Shown here: piece after piece, positions 1 to 13,209 of the stretch
How positions within the stretch are numbered: the stretch's first letter is position 1
Layout: each line of letters opens with the position of its first letter
Assembly (NCBI GenBank): GCA_016748015.1
Contig: JAAOMT010000009.1
Location: 266,459-330,458 of the forward strand
DNA length: 64,000 bases
Direction: 5' to 3'
DNA from: Geosiphon pyriformis uo1
Lineage: Eukaryota > Fungi > Glomeromycota
Position numbers and translations under genes: made by a program
Notes under the pieces: model-generated
What the model was told of the DNA's origin: nothing
The model's database searches: none
Seen by the model: only the letters and a program-made list of their open reading frames with translations

Positions 1-1500
1 ATTAATTTTTTTTATTCTTATTATTATCATTATTATTATTACTTTATAAATAGTCAAAAAAACTTAAAACTTTAAAAAACAACAACAATTGCTTATATTT
101 GCTATTGTTATACTGAATTTTTTTGTGGTTTTAAATAAAATCTTAAATAAATTTTTTTAATAATATCTAATTTTTTTTCTAATATAAACAACAACAACAA
201 TAATATATATTCTAAAAAAAAATTAAGATTAATTACTAATTGTATTATTAAATATAATATTTTTTAGCAGATTATTACTAATTGTAAAAACAAAATAAAA
301 TATGTTTTTAAATATGTTTTTACTTAATTAATCTATTAAGTTATTTAATCTTAAAATTAAAGATTAAATAAAAACAAAATCAATATTTTTTCTTTGTTTT
401 TTAATATTGTTTTTAATAATATTTGAAAAACAATTTTTAATCATTAAAAATTCTTTGGATAAATAATTTTTGTTTTAATATTTAGTATTATTTTTAAGAT
501 TAAATTGGCTTTGGTTAATTTTTTTCATTTGCTGTTTGGTTTTGTTGAATTTAAGTCTGTTTTAAAGAACAATATAAAATTTTTTATAAAAATTTTGTTT
601 TTGATGTTTTTTAATTACTATTATCAAAATTTTTATTAATAATTTTTTTTTAATTATACTTAAAATTCTAAAATTTTTTGTAATAATCTCTGTCTTTTTT
701 TTATTTGCTATTATATTTTATAATGTTTTTTTAAATATATTTTTTAATAATATTAAAAATACTTTAAATGTTTTTGATATTATTTCTTTAATTAAATTAA
801 AATCTGCTGGTTTGTAATAATATATAATTGTTTATTTTAAAAACTTTTTTTTTGCTATTGTTTTTGCTTATTAGTTTATTTTAATTAAAAAAACAATATT
901 AAAATCTTTTTTTAATTAATCAAAAAGAAATTATTATTTTAAAAGATATTTTTAAGACCAAATTAGTTAATTTTTTTTTGGTTATATTGTTTTTAAAATT
1001 AAAAATTTAATTTTTTAAATTAGTAGTTATACTTGTTTTATTTTTTATTTTTCTGATTTTTATTATTATTAATGTTTTACTATTATTACTTTTAAGTTTT
1101 TAGAAATTTTAAATTTTATTATTCTATAAATTAATATTTTATATAAAAATTGCAATTAATAAAAAACTGTCAAATATTATTACTGCTATAAGTATTAAAA
1201 TTTAAGTTATTTAACTGTAAATTATAATATGTTTTTATTTTTTTTTCTTAAATTTGTTTTTAAGTCTATTAATAATTTTATTGTTTTTATTTTATTTTTT
1301 GTTAATACAAAATTTTATTTTAAGGTTGTTGTTTTTTTGGCTCTTTTTTTGGTTGTTTTTTTGGCTGTTTTTGTTGTTAATTCTTTAATTAAATCTAAAT
1401 TAAATTTTTTGAAATTTGAAATTTTTGATTTAATTTATTTGATTAATATTAATTATTATTTTTTTGAATAATTTTTTTGTTTTATATATAGAACTTAATA
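1..1500 (+). mobile_element. Hypermutated retroelement relic, Gag/ORF1-like region with CCHC zinc knuckle (probably non-LTR ORF1)
   Basis: Almost no C/G and essentially no CpG. 1184-1225 reads tgc tat aag tat taa aat tta agt tat tta act gta aat tat (CYKY*NLSYLTVNY), which reverts to C-x2-C-x4-H-x4-C (CYKCQDLGHLAVDC) using only T>C and A>G changes. The Phe-rich ORF 1229-1471 continues the same frame and looks like an eroded Pro/Ser-rich tail. Boundaries approximate. Confidence 0.65.
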
Positions 1501-4500
1501 ATATGATTAATATTATTTAAAATAAAGTTTTTATTTTTGGTAAGACTAAAACTGAATATGGTTTTAATAATAATTATATAAATAAATATGATAATAATTT
1601 CTTAAATAATAAAGTTTATACTAGATTAATTACTCTTTAAAAGTATTAATTTAATAGTATTAAGTTTAATATAAATAAAATTTCTAAATATTTAAGTAGT
1701 ATTATTATGAAAAATAATATTTCAAATACTATTTTACATAAAATATCTTTTTAAGGTAAGTTTTTTTCTTTAATTTTAATATAATTTAATTTAAATTAAG
1801 TTTGTATATAAAAAGTACATAAATTATATTTAATTTAAGTTATTTAATTTAATATATTGTATTAAAATAAAAAAATTATACTTAAAATTATTAAGTTTTT
1901 TTTATAATAATTAATAAATATTCATATAAAATTCTTATAAAATACATATAAAAACTAATTAAATAATAATTTAATAATTCAGTTTTTAAATAATTATTTA
2001 AATATAAAACTAAAATAGTTTTTATTAAATTAGAGTTTTTTATTAAAAATTTATTTACAAATTTAAAAATATTTTCAATTTTTTAATTGGCAAAATTTAT
2101 TATTTATTATATTAAAATAATCTTTTGTTTTAATTTACTTAATTAATAAATATTTATTTTTAATAATATTATTAATGTATTATTAATTTAATATTTGTTA
2201 ATAAAAATTAAATTAAATTATATATAATTTAAACATATAAACATTTAAAACATTTAATTATTTAAATTTATTATTTTATTAAACATAAATATATATCTTA
2301 ATATTAAAATAATTGTTTATAATTATACTAATATTAAAAATATTAATTTATAAATATTTAACTTAATTTTTAAATTCAAATTTGAAAAGTAAACTATTAT
2401 ACTTATAATATCAAAAAATTTATATTTTTAACAGATTTATTAATAAAAATTAAGATTTTATTTAAAAAATTTGTATTTAAATAACTTTAATTACATTAAA
2501 ACATTTTAAATTAAATAAATTTTATTAAAATAAAACAAATAATATAACAAATTTTTATTAATAAAACCACTCTTTTTAATAAAATTCAAAGTAAAAACAA
2601 ATTAAACAAAAATTAAAATTTTAAGATTTAATTTTTTTTAATATTAAAATTCTTTTTAATTAAAACACAAATCATAATTATTTAATAATTAATTAGCAAA
2701 AACATATTTAAAAAATTATTAGTAAGAAATATTTTACTTTTAAAAAATTTTGTTATATTGACCAAAAAATTATTTAAAAAATTTATAAATTTATAAAATA
2801 TTAAAGTAAAGTTTTAATATTTAATTTAAAATCTTTAAATTTATTATATAATAAATAAAAAATTGGCCAAAAATATTAATAATATTAGCAAATATTATTA
2901 TATTAATTATTATTTTTTAAATTAAATTTGTTTAAATATTTTAAAATTATATAACAAAAAATAATTTTTAAGTAAATTAACTTTAAACTTTAATGTTTTT
3001 TTATTAATAACAGAAATAAATAAATTATAAATACTTAAAAAAAAATTTAAAATTTTTTGGTTAATAAAAAATTTATTGACAATATTTAAAATATATTGAG
3101 TTGTAATTAATTAATTTTAATTTTAATTATATTATTAATAAATATATTAATTATTAAGTAAAAAGTTAAACTAATTTTAATTTAAACTTTATTAATTTTA
3201 ACAACAAACTTAGTATTAATTTTATAATGACAAAAATTTTTGTATTTTTTTATTTTACACAAAAGAAGATTATAAAAAATTCTTTAAAGTAATAATAATA
3301 AAACTTTATTTTAATTTAGATTATTATGTATTTTGTAAATATTAATTAAATTAATATTTATTATAACTTAATTAACTTTGTTTTTATAAATTTTATTAGA
3401 AAATTCAAAAATTTTTTTACATATTTTATTCTTAATTAAACTATTTCTTAAGTAATATTATTTTATTAAATTATAAACTTTTTGGATATTTGTAAAATTA
3501 ATTACAATTTTTAATTTTTAAAACATTTTTTATTATAAAGTTTACTATAAAAATAAAAAACTGAATTAAAATATTTTTTAAAACTAAAAAATTATTATTA
3601 TAAAAACATAAAACTTGTTATAACAAAAAAATTTGATTAAAAAAAATCTTAAAAATTTTTTTTCTAATAATTTTAATTAAAATGATAGATTTAATATTTA
3701 TTAAACTATTTTTTTATTTATATCACTTAAAAATCATAAATATTTAAACTTTTTTATAACTTGAAAACCAGTTTACACAAACATAAATTTAAAGTTTTTT
3801 AATACAATATATTAAAAAAATTTTAATATAATTTTTATTATTATTTTATATTAATTATATAAAATTATTACAAAAATAAATTATGAATTTTTTATATATA
3901 ATTAATTATTTAAATTTATTTAAATTTTTATTGGCTTTTTATAAAATTTTATTTTATTTTTATATAAATTTTAAATATTAAAAACTTTGTTAAAATCAAT
4001 AATAATTAGTATAATATTAATATTTAAAAGTTTTTTACCAAATATAATATTTTTATAAAGTATTAAATTTATTTTAAATTTAAAAAAATAAGAATAACAA
4101 ATTTTTAATGATAAATTAAAATTAAAAAATCAAGAAATAAAATAAATTTAATTATATATTTAAAATTTTAATTTATTAGCTTAATTTTTGTATTTAAATA
4201 AATTAATAATATGATTAATTAAACTATTAAAGAAAATAAAAAAAACCTTTTTAGTTATTTTGGTTTTTTTTAATTATTTAAATAATAATAAAAAAATTAA
4301 AAAAAAACAAAAACTTAATTACGGGTTTTTAATTAAAAGCTTTTGGGTTTTTAATAGCAATTATTTAAAAAAGAAAATATTTTAGAAAAAATGTTTTTTT
4401 AATATTATAACTGTTTTGTCTTTTTATTATTTAAAAAAATAATATTGTTTAGTTGTTTTTAAAATTAAATTTTTTTTTGAATAATATTAAAACCAAGAAA

Positions 4501-5040
4501 AAAAATAAAAATTGCTTTTTTTTTATTTTTGTTTCAAATATAATTATAAATATTTTAAATTAAAATTAAATTATATATAATATTTGTTTAAAAATAATTA
4601 CAAACATAATTAGTTAATTATTATAAAAATAATTAAACAACTTTTATATATATATATATATATATTGAAATTTGTATATTATTGTTTATATAAAATATAG
4701 TTTAATTATTAATTATATTTATGTAATAATAATAATATATATTAAATAAATTATGTATAATTATACATAATCAGTTGCTTGAATATTTTTTATAAAATAG
4801 AATTATTAGTTTTGATTTAATATACAAACTTATTTACAAAAATTTATTTTTTGTTACTAAAAAACCTTTTTTTTTTACATTTAAAAAACATTTGTTTATA
4901 AAAACAAAATTTTTAAAGTAATCTTATTTTTTAACAAAATTTAGCTTTATTCAAAATTTAAAATTTAAATTTAAATTTATAATTAAGTTTAAAACAATAA
5001 TAATTTTTGTAATATTTAAAAAACACATAAAATATTATAA
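1500..5040 (+). mobile_element. Hypermutated retroelement relic, probably Ty3/gypsy pol (RT and integrase ghosts)
   Basis: Same extreme C/G depletion, ending abruptly near 5040. At ~3055-3090 the string FWLIKNLLTIFK resembles RT motif FGLKNSPAVFQ after reversing transitions. At 3841-3873 LFYINYIKLLQ resembles integrase FHIDYIGPLP. No intact ORF; the YxDD motif is not cleanly recoverable. Confidence 0.45.
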
Positions 5041-6148
5041 TATGCGAAATGGTTTATCAATATCACATACAGATATTCAATTTTTTCTTATAATTTAGCT
5101 TTATTAAAAAGTTGGATAAAAGAACAAAATAATTTTAATAGCTGTTTTCTATTAGAACAATTCTGTTACTTTGAATGAAATTCTTTAAAACATCTTTTAT
5201 AACCTTTTTGATAGCAAAAAGTTTTTAAAAATTCTTTTTTTAACTATTTTCTTGGTTTCTTCATAATAGAGAAAGGGAGATGTAGAAAGATTACACGATC
5301 TGGTCCTCTGTCAATGTATAAAATATTTTCTACGATTAAATTAGAGTTTATGCAAGATCTTCATTTGATATAGAAAATGGTTTGTTTTGCATAAAATGAC
5401 AAAAAGTCTTGTACAACAATTCACAAAAATATCTTTCCTTTTTTTGGGTTCTTTTACAATAGATGATACTTAACCTAAAAAGGTTAATAATTACACGTGG
5501 AATAAATTTATCTTGACCACTTATACTTTTGGTATTTATTGATAATTCGTAACTAAAGTTTTTTAATAAGATTTGCCCTTTAATATTTTTTTTATTTTGA
5601 ATTTTCGTATGAATAAAAGTAAAATTAAATTGGCACTTTATGAATTCATTTAAATTTGGTCTTTGATATTTATGATACTCTATTATTATTATTAAATTGT
5701 TGGATTTTTGAAAAGCATCTAGCTAGTTCAAATCTTACCCTTAGCACTATTCAAAGGCAATTTAGTCTGGAAGTATTTTAATTTCATGGTTTTTCAGCTG
5801 AAATACACTTATTTCCCTTACACAAAAATCATGAGTTGGAATAAATCAAAAGTTGTGAATTGTCCATAATATTCAATGGAACTCGCATAATAGATCTTTC
5901 CCTTGCATTACAGCCCTGTCGATTTTTGCCTATTATATTATACTTTTTCACAATGTACAATAATGGGGGTTCTATTCCAGTTATAGTTTAATAAACTCCG
6001 TAAATTGCGTTTTATGAAAACAATAAATGCATGATAAGAATTTAAATTATAAAAATGGTCTACTGCAACCACGCCAAACAAAACGGTCAACTCATATATT
6101 ATGAAACTGGAACAAACTTTCTTCACTCAAATACTGGCCTGCTGAGTT

Positions 6149-7232
6149 ATGACCAGCGAATCATTAACTTTAAAATTACCTAATGAACTTCTCGAAACAA
6201 TTCTTGAAAATTGTGTTCAGTTTAATTGTCTTTTGGTGAATCGACGTTGGTCACAAGCGACTGTTCGTATTTTATGGAGTGATCCATTTCTGAGCCTACA
6301 ACCAAAAATAGTCGACGTCTACTTGAAATTCTTGAACACTACAGAAAGAGAGGAATTGAATAATAATGGAATCCAGCTTTGGGAGGATAAAAATTTTACG
6401 GGAAATAATAACAAACCAGCCTTTTACGATTATCCAAAGTTCTTGAAACATATATCAACCGAGACTTTTCTTTTTACGCTCAATGAGTGGCTAGAAACCT
6501 TTGATAAATTAATAAAAAATTCGAATCTCGAATCTATGAGAGTCCATGCCTTGATCTTAGTGTTGGTGAAGATGTTTAGACGGTTGGCAAAACCGCTTAA
6601 TTCCCTTGGTTCGTTTTGTCCAAGTCTTGAATGGTTTTTCGATCAGCATGATTTTCTCTATTGGATAATGACAGTGAAAAGATTGAGACTTGAACCGAGG
6701 AATGGAGATATTTTTCCAGCCATGTCACGCGTATGTCACCATATTGTATGTTGAAAAATTTTTACTCACAATCTTTTCATTGATCTAATTCAGTTCAAGA
6801 AAATCAGTTCTAATTTCTACTTTTTAAAATTTCTCATTGGATTTTTTTCAGGAATCATTATATTTAAACTTGAGAGACTTCCATCCTGGAAATATTCAAG
6901 AAGGATTACCTCAACTCAAAAAACTCTTAAGCTTCCTGACCAATTTACAGCATCTGACATATTTTCGTGTCGAATTTCGTGTCGAGCAATTTCCAGAAAT
7001 GATCCTCCCAATATTAAATACTTTACCAAATTCATTGTTACATCTAGTCTTGAAGAATATAATGTTTTTGGAAGATGATGGGATTGTCTTAACTCGCTTT
7101 CACATGTTAAAATCATTGGAAATCTATCACGCACATGGGTTATCCGAAAAAACTTTGGATCTTCTAATGATGGATAAAGAACTTGGAAAAATTTTGATTG
7201 ACGGTATGGTCCCTCGAAGTAGAGTGAAATGA
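6149..7232 (+). CDS. F-box-like / LRR(RNI)-like protein, 2 exons (6149-6745, 6852-7232), ~325 aa
   Basis: N-terminal LPNELLETILEN..CLLVNRRWS..VRILWSDPF and FYDYPKFLKHI motifs, typical of Glomeromycotina F-box proteins. A phase-0 intron gtatgt..ttcag at 6746-6851 joins the two listed ORFs in frame. Leucine-periodic C-terminus. Confidence 0.8.
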
Positions 7233-8790
7233 AATCAATTAATTAGTAAGAGTTTAGATTTTTGCAATTTTTTATGGGGGATAATTTCTTCAAAGAGTTT
7301 TTTCTAAATCTTTTCTTTCGGATTGATAATAATAGATTAAAAATAACCTTAAAAAGAACAAATATGGAAAAAAAATTCGTAGTAAATTACAGAATATTTT
7401 TAAGATTATAAGAATTCAAATTAATTATGAAGATTGACCTAATATGACAGTTGATCTTGCACTATTTAAAAAACAAAACAGTAAGAAAATGATATTTAAA
7501 AGGTTTTTATATGATTTTAAAGATTATTGCAAAAATAACTTTTTCAGCCGATTAACGTTTTCACAAAAGTTCAAAGAAAATATAATAAGTTGATTGTAAT
7601 ATTGAACAAACTAGTTCCAAAATAAATAACAAAGATTATTTTTGTATTTCTGTCAAATTATTTACATAAATTTAATAAAGAATATCTTTAAGAATCTTAT
7701 TGGCTCTCTTTAAAATTACATTTATTTTGTAAGTTTCCAGTAATTTTTCGAATTTGAAACCGAATTTCTTCACCCGAGATTTATGTAGTCATACTTGGGG
7801 ATGAATTATTTGAACGAATATCCCGTTTTAGAAATGTCTTTTTGTAATTAATATTGTGTACCAATGAAAAAGACAAAGATCAGAATCACTTTTAAAGACG
7901 AAAAATAAATAAAAAAGAGATCGAAAAAGGTATAATTATCAAAACACGTTCTAACACAACCTGAGACATTACTTTTGCTGAGAATAATCAGAAAATCATG
8001 ATTACGTTTTATTCAGGATCCTTTATATTTGAAATCACTAAAGTTATATTTAATTGCACAACATAAATCACACCACCAAATCTATTTTAATGTATACCTA
8101 GATGTAATATGACTCATTAATTACTAAATTTTGTACAAACTTTCATATTATTAAAAAAATTTTTGATTTTCCTAATGAATTTATGAGAATGAATTATTTA
8201 AATTTTTTGTTTTATAAATCATAAAAATTTCTTTATCTGAATTAATTCCTTTCTTTTTATAAGAATAAAATAGAGTTAATATTAATATATATATATTTAT
8301 ATTAATATTTTTTCTTATAAGAATATTTAACAAAATAAAAATTGATTTACTAAAATTTGCCATTGGTTCATTATTTATGATAATATTGTGTATACATGTG
8401 ATCTCACAAATAAATGACTTGAATTAACATTTAAACTCAAAGTTAGAATAAATTGTATTTTGAAAACTCTATTTTTGATCTTTACAATAAAGTTCGTATT
8501 ATCAAAGCCCAAGTTTCAAAGATATTATAGATTCTTTCCTTAGAATTTTAAATGTATTATCACTAAAATCTCCCCTTATTCAGTTACTGTCATTATTGTA
8601 TAATAATAATAATTAGTTTTAATCCGAATATAATTATTCAAATTCCATACTTTGGGTTACATCATTAATCCCTGATGTTATGGGGTAACATCATCACATT
8701 GAAATTTTCTAAAGCTTTCAATTACAATTGATACAAGTAAATGTCCAAGGCTAATATTAAAATTTTCACTTACTTTTAACAGAAAATGAT

Positions 8791-10302
8791 TTACTGAAAT
8801 GGTGGTAACCAATTCTTGTGAGCTTTAATGCATTTTCCCATTGTATATCCAAAATACCTACCAAGATGAGTGTTTAAAGGAGTTCCAAATCTTGGTGAAA
8901 AAGCTAACCAATCTTTGCTTTTCTGAAATCTCAAATTACATTCCTAGAAAAGTTGATAAAAGATCAAAAGAATTACATTATTCATCAAACACAGTTAAAA
9001 TATTTCTTTTCTATACTTCATACCGGATTCTCAGTTCCTACTTTTGTAAAACAGTTAAAGACTTGAGGAAACATTCTTGGATGCTCAGGGCTAGGACATT
9101 CACATTCATCTTCGAATAGAATCCAATATTCAGTATTTGTGTGTTGAAATTGTTTTCCCAAAAAGAGTGGAACATAATCGTTAGTGTTGGTAACACGATT
9201 TATCGGAAACTTTATCGAAGCTGCAAGCAGTGAATTTTTTCCAAAAATGCGTGGTGAACCGAACGTAGTCACTTCAATGTATCGTTTCTTGGCTATTCTT
9301 TCTTGCGAAAAAAACCATGCCGCATATATCGCTATTGCTTTATTAAAAAAAACGTAATAGAATTTGAGACTGTCAAAAAAAAAAATGGAACATGACAAAG
9401 ATTTGTTCATTCAAATTTGGCATTAGAAACTACCTCCGCCTTCACCATGCCCAGTGAAGAGAAAAGCCATTTTATCGTGAGATGAATCTTGACATAGTCT
9501 TATTAAGCTTTTCATAATTTCTTGGTTTGCTTTCGCAAAATACTTTTCAAACGCGTAACGTGGCACAGAAACTTTAAACAAGGAGCCTAATAATCCTGGA
9601 AAGGGGACCTCGAAATCTAAACCTGATGTTTCATCTCTTTTTTGCATTTCTTCATATGTCAATTTTTGGCCCTTAAACTGAATAATTAGTGCAGGACTTG
9701 GCCCACTAGCTAATGTAATCTCTTGACTGAATAAACTCCAAGCTGAGAAATCGAAGTGTTTAATGATCAAAGATTTATATATGAGGCAAAATTCAAATTC
9801 ATTTAAAAGAGATATAAGATTTACCCTCGAAACCCTCCGAAAAGAATGAATTTTCCTTATTGGGACAGTAAGTCATGTGCGCAAAAAATGCCATTTCAGC
9901 TAGGAATTTGAGCTTCCTGGGATCTGTTAATTCGGTAATCTACTTTACTATTTGCCCTTTTGGTGAAATATTTTGTTTTGTTAAAGGCTTGATTATACTC
10001 AGATTTAATTATTTCATCAATTTTTATATTATTAACTAGATTCATTTTAGCTGTTTGAATTTGTTCCATTCCTTTTGAATATTTAAAATTTTTATAATAT
10101 GGGTGGTGAAAATATTCAAAAGTAAAAGGAAGTTTATGAAAAGAAACAAGGATATTTTTACTGAAGAAAGAAAGAAAGAAAGAAAGAAGAAGAAGAAGAA
10201 GAAGAAGAAGAAGAAGAAGAAGAAGAAGAAGAAGAAGAAGAAGAAGAAGAAGAAGAAGAAGAAGAAGAATATTTTAGCCTCAAAGAGAATTGAGGGAACC
10301 AT
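8791..10302 (-). pseudogene. Class 3 lipase-like gene, multi-exon, 5' region frameshifted as assembled; nucleophile motif GHGEGG lacks Ser
   Basis: Motifs FAHMTYC, FLFTGHGEGG, VTTFGSPRIFG, RVTNTNDYVP, FQHTNTEYWI and last exon THLGRYFG (stop 8791-8793). Likely start MVPSILFEAKIFFF at 10302 parallels the N-terminus of the paralog at 55098. Two frame changes are needed in the first ~370 nt, one in the microsatellite and one near 9940. Confidence 0.75.
10163..10269. repeat. Compound microsatellite (GAAA)~5 + (GAA)~28
   Basis: Directly visible; reads as 29 consecutive Phe on the minus strand. Confidence 0.97.
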
Positions 10303-12414
10303 GTAACTTAAAGGAGAAATTTGCATTTTTCTCAAGTGTAAAAAGGATGAATCTTTGTGGCATCAAGTTTTACTTTTTCAAATGTATCGTCTGAAATATT
10401 TTAACGAATATTTCGATAAATATTTATATCCTTGATAATACGAATTTTAAATACATGGGTCATTTTCGTTAATCCGAAGTTGATGGTGCTTCCGAAGCTC
10501 AAAAGTGTATTTTTCTTTTTTAAAATCAAGTGGGGGTGATCAATTTTTAAACATTATATCTCAATGTAGTCTGAAGTTTTTTATGATCTCCCCCCAGATA
10601 ATTTTGTTGATTGACAAAATATTAATCTTATGTAAATGTCCTTATCTTGTAAATTTGCATAAGCCAGTAAATAACGAATTGGTAAGTCTCTTTAATTGAC
10701 GCCTGAAAAGTTATTTGTAAAAATATTGAGAATTAAAGATAGAAAAAAAATATTGCATGGTCAAAAAATTAGATTGTTAATTAAATGATTTATATGTAAG
10801 TAGATAGCTAATTTTTCTACTATATTAAAGTATCAGTAACAAGAGTTAAGTCAATATTTATTTCAGTTGAGCATAACACAACCTTTGCATCAACCCTTGT
10901 ATCAATCCTTGCATGGCTAAATGGAATTATAGCAAAATATTTTGCATTTCAGAATTTATCAATATAAAAAATATTAGCAATTCAAAAATCAGGATTCGAT
11001 ATGTGTGTTTCAAAGATTGGAAGTAGGTTGGAGGATCTTAATAAATATTGACTCAAATTTTCCTATTAATGTCCTGTGAAAAGGTGTATTTTGCGATCAT
11101 ACTAAATTCATTGGATAATTAGGGAATATATAAAACAAAGATTTTGAAAACATAGCGGGAAAATTACTTTTTATGATGGAATTATCTCAACGATGATTCG
11201 AAAAGAAATGACATATTTAATGAACCTTTGAATCAATAAAATTTAGCATTACTACCAAGAAATATTTCTTTTTAGCGTAATGATACACACAAATTTTATG
11301 TATAAATTTTATGTATTTTTAGATTCAAATTTGCCTCGTGATCTGAAAAAATCATTAGAAATCCTTTTTTCTTTGTTACTTTATGTATTTGAAAAAGAAA
11401 ATTAAAAATCAAAGATGAGTTTTATTGTCATCGATATCGATAATTATATCAGCCAAGAATTTCAATTGATTTCCTCCTCGAAAAACTCTTTTCGACTTTT
11501 ATAATTCCAAAAGTTTCTACAGGAAAGCTGAAATACGTCATTATTCCCATTATTATAAAAATGAGAATTTAAATCAGACTTTAAAAGGTAGAAAGAATAG
11601 TAAAGTAACATGATTCTATCTGGGTAATGATGAGTGCCACCAAGAAATATATATACCTCTGACGATTACGAGATGGTCGCCGCTCTAAAAACTGCTCAAT
11701 TCGGGTAAAGATAAAAAGTTTTTTTCGATGTATACTAATTAAACGCATAAAAAAGAACCGGAAAAGGAAGAAAATCAAGAAAAAATAATTTTAAAAATTA
11801 TGTGTTGATTTGTGGTTATGGTGATTCGATTTTACGATTGATAGATTTCAAGATTGGATGATTTGGATATCGGGTACACTCGAAATTAAATGAAAATTTA
11901 TTAATTGTAGAAAATTGAGGAGATTTAGTTAAAAAATTCGCTTTCAAATTAAACAGTAATCTATTTAATATTTAATCAGCAGAATGGGATGTATATCATG
12001 AATGAACTTTCCAGCTTCAACTTAAAAAACTCTTTGAATCTTGAAATTCCAAATACTATTTGATTCAGGAATTTTTAATTAACTTAAAATGAATTTTTGT
12101 CATTTGGAAACAGTTATAAAGTTTTTTCATAATTATAAATTATAATTTCAAAAGAGGAAAAATAAAAGTTCTCGAATTCAAAACACTAATATATTACTTG
12201 AAAAAAAAATCACCTAATTGGGGAAATTATCATTTTCCCAAGATCTATTCATTTGAGAAAAAAGAAAAGAAATAAATATGGGTAAGAACAGTTAATATCT
12301 TAAAATGTATAACTTACTCTTGTGTTACCTAATACATGTATCATAAAATATATAAATAGCTGGTCTACTCTACATTTGGAGCTCTATATTGTAAAATATT
12401 ACAAACATATCAAT

Positions 12415-13209
12415 ATGAGTGAACAAAATATCATTTTGAATAGAGAAACCAAAAAACATCAAATATTAAATATAAATTGGGCTCGTAAAATAGTCAGAGA
12501 TGGAAATAACAATTTCCTTGACAACGATCAGATTGCAAATATCCTTCGAAAAGAACTTTATCTTAGAGGAATTACTGAAGAAGATTTTCACATCGCTGTT
12601 ATGAAAAAAAATCATTTAGTAAAAAATTTCTTTTTACTAGGGTTTTTATATATTACTGGAATTGGAACACCAGATGAAAATAGTGAAGCCATCAAATGGT
12701 ACAAAAAGGCAGCCGAGTCTGGTGATTACATGGCTCATAATGAATTAGGAATATTTTATAAATCATTTTTTACGATACAAAATCAATCGTTTGATCATTT
12801 TATGAAAGCAACTTATGGTGGAAATATTTGTGGTGAGGCGAATTTAGCCGTTTGTTTTTTAAATGGAGATGGAACCTCGACGAATTTTGATTTAGCTATA
12901 CATCATCTCATGAATGCTGCAAAAGCTGGACATCCATATTCACAACGATTACTTGGTGATTTTTATAGTGATTGCACTGGTGTGAATCCGAGAAAAGCAT
13001 TTTACTGGTATCAAAAATCATGTCATCATGCGATTCGTTTTGAGGGAGGGGATTCAAGTTCTTTGATACATATAGCTCATTGTTATGAGATCGGTTTTGG
13101 TACGGAAAGTGATTGGCACGCGGTTCTAAGCTTTTATAACAAAGCTATGAAGAAGGGAAATATCTCTGTTAAATTTCTTTTGGATTATTTATTCGACAAA
13201 AATAGTTAA
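12415..13209 (+). CDS. Sel1-like repeat (SLR) protein, single exon, ~264 aa
   Basis: Repeats LGFLYITGIGT..AIKWYKKAAESG, NLAVCFLNGDGT, AFYWYQKS, IAHCYEIGFGT. First ATG is at 12415; the ORF track starts upstream at a GTG. Confidence 0.9.
   Translation: MSEQNIILNRETKKHQILNINWARKIVRDGNNNFLDNDQIANILRKELYLRGITEEDFHIAVMKKNHLVKNFFLLGFLYITGIGTPDENSEAIKWYKKAAESGDYMAHNELGIFYKSFFTIQNQSFDHFMKATYGGNICGEANLAVCFLNGDGTSTNFDLAIHHLMNAAKAGHPYSQRLLGDFYSDCTGVNPRKAFYWYQKSCHHAIRFEGGDSSSLIHIAHCYEIGFGTESDWHAVLSFYNKAMKKGNISVKFLLDYLFDKNS

Noticed and set aside
1229-1471. 80-aa Phe/Val/Leu-rich ORF resembling a membrane protein
   Set aside because: It is the in-frame continuation of the hypermutated retroelement ORF; the hydrophobicity is a by-product of C>T erosion.
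1-5040. Possible mitochondrial or endosymbiont DNA insertion, given the extreme AT content
   Set aside because: No rRNA, tRNA or respiratory-gene motifs were recognised, whereas retroelement motifs are recoverable.
10103-10306. Poly-Lys ORF on the plus strand
   Set aside because: Translation of the (GAA)n microsatellite, antisense to the lipase-like gene.
10878-10914. Three imperfect copies of a 12-bp unit (CAACCYTTGYAT-like)
   Set aside because: Too short and isolated to interpret; likely local slippage.
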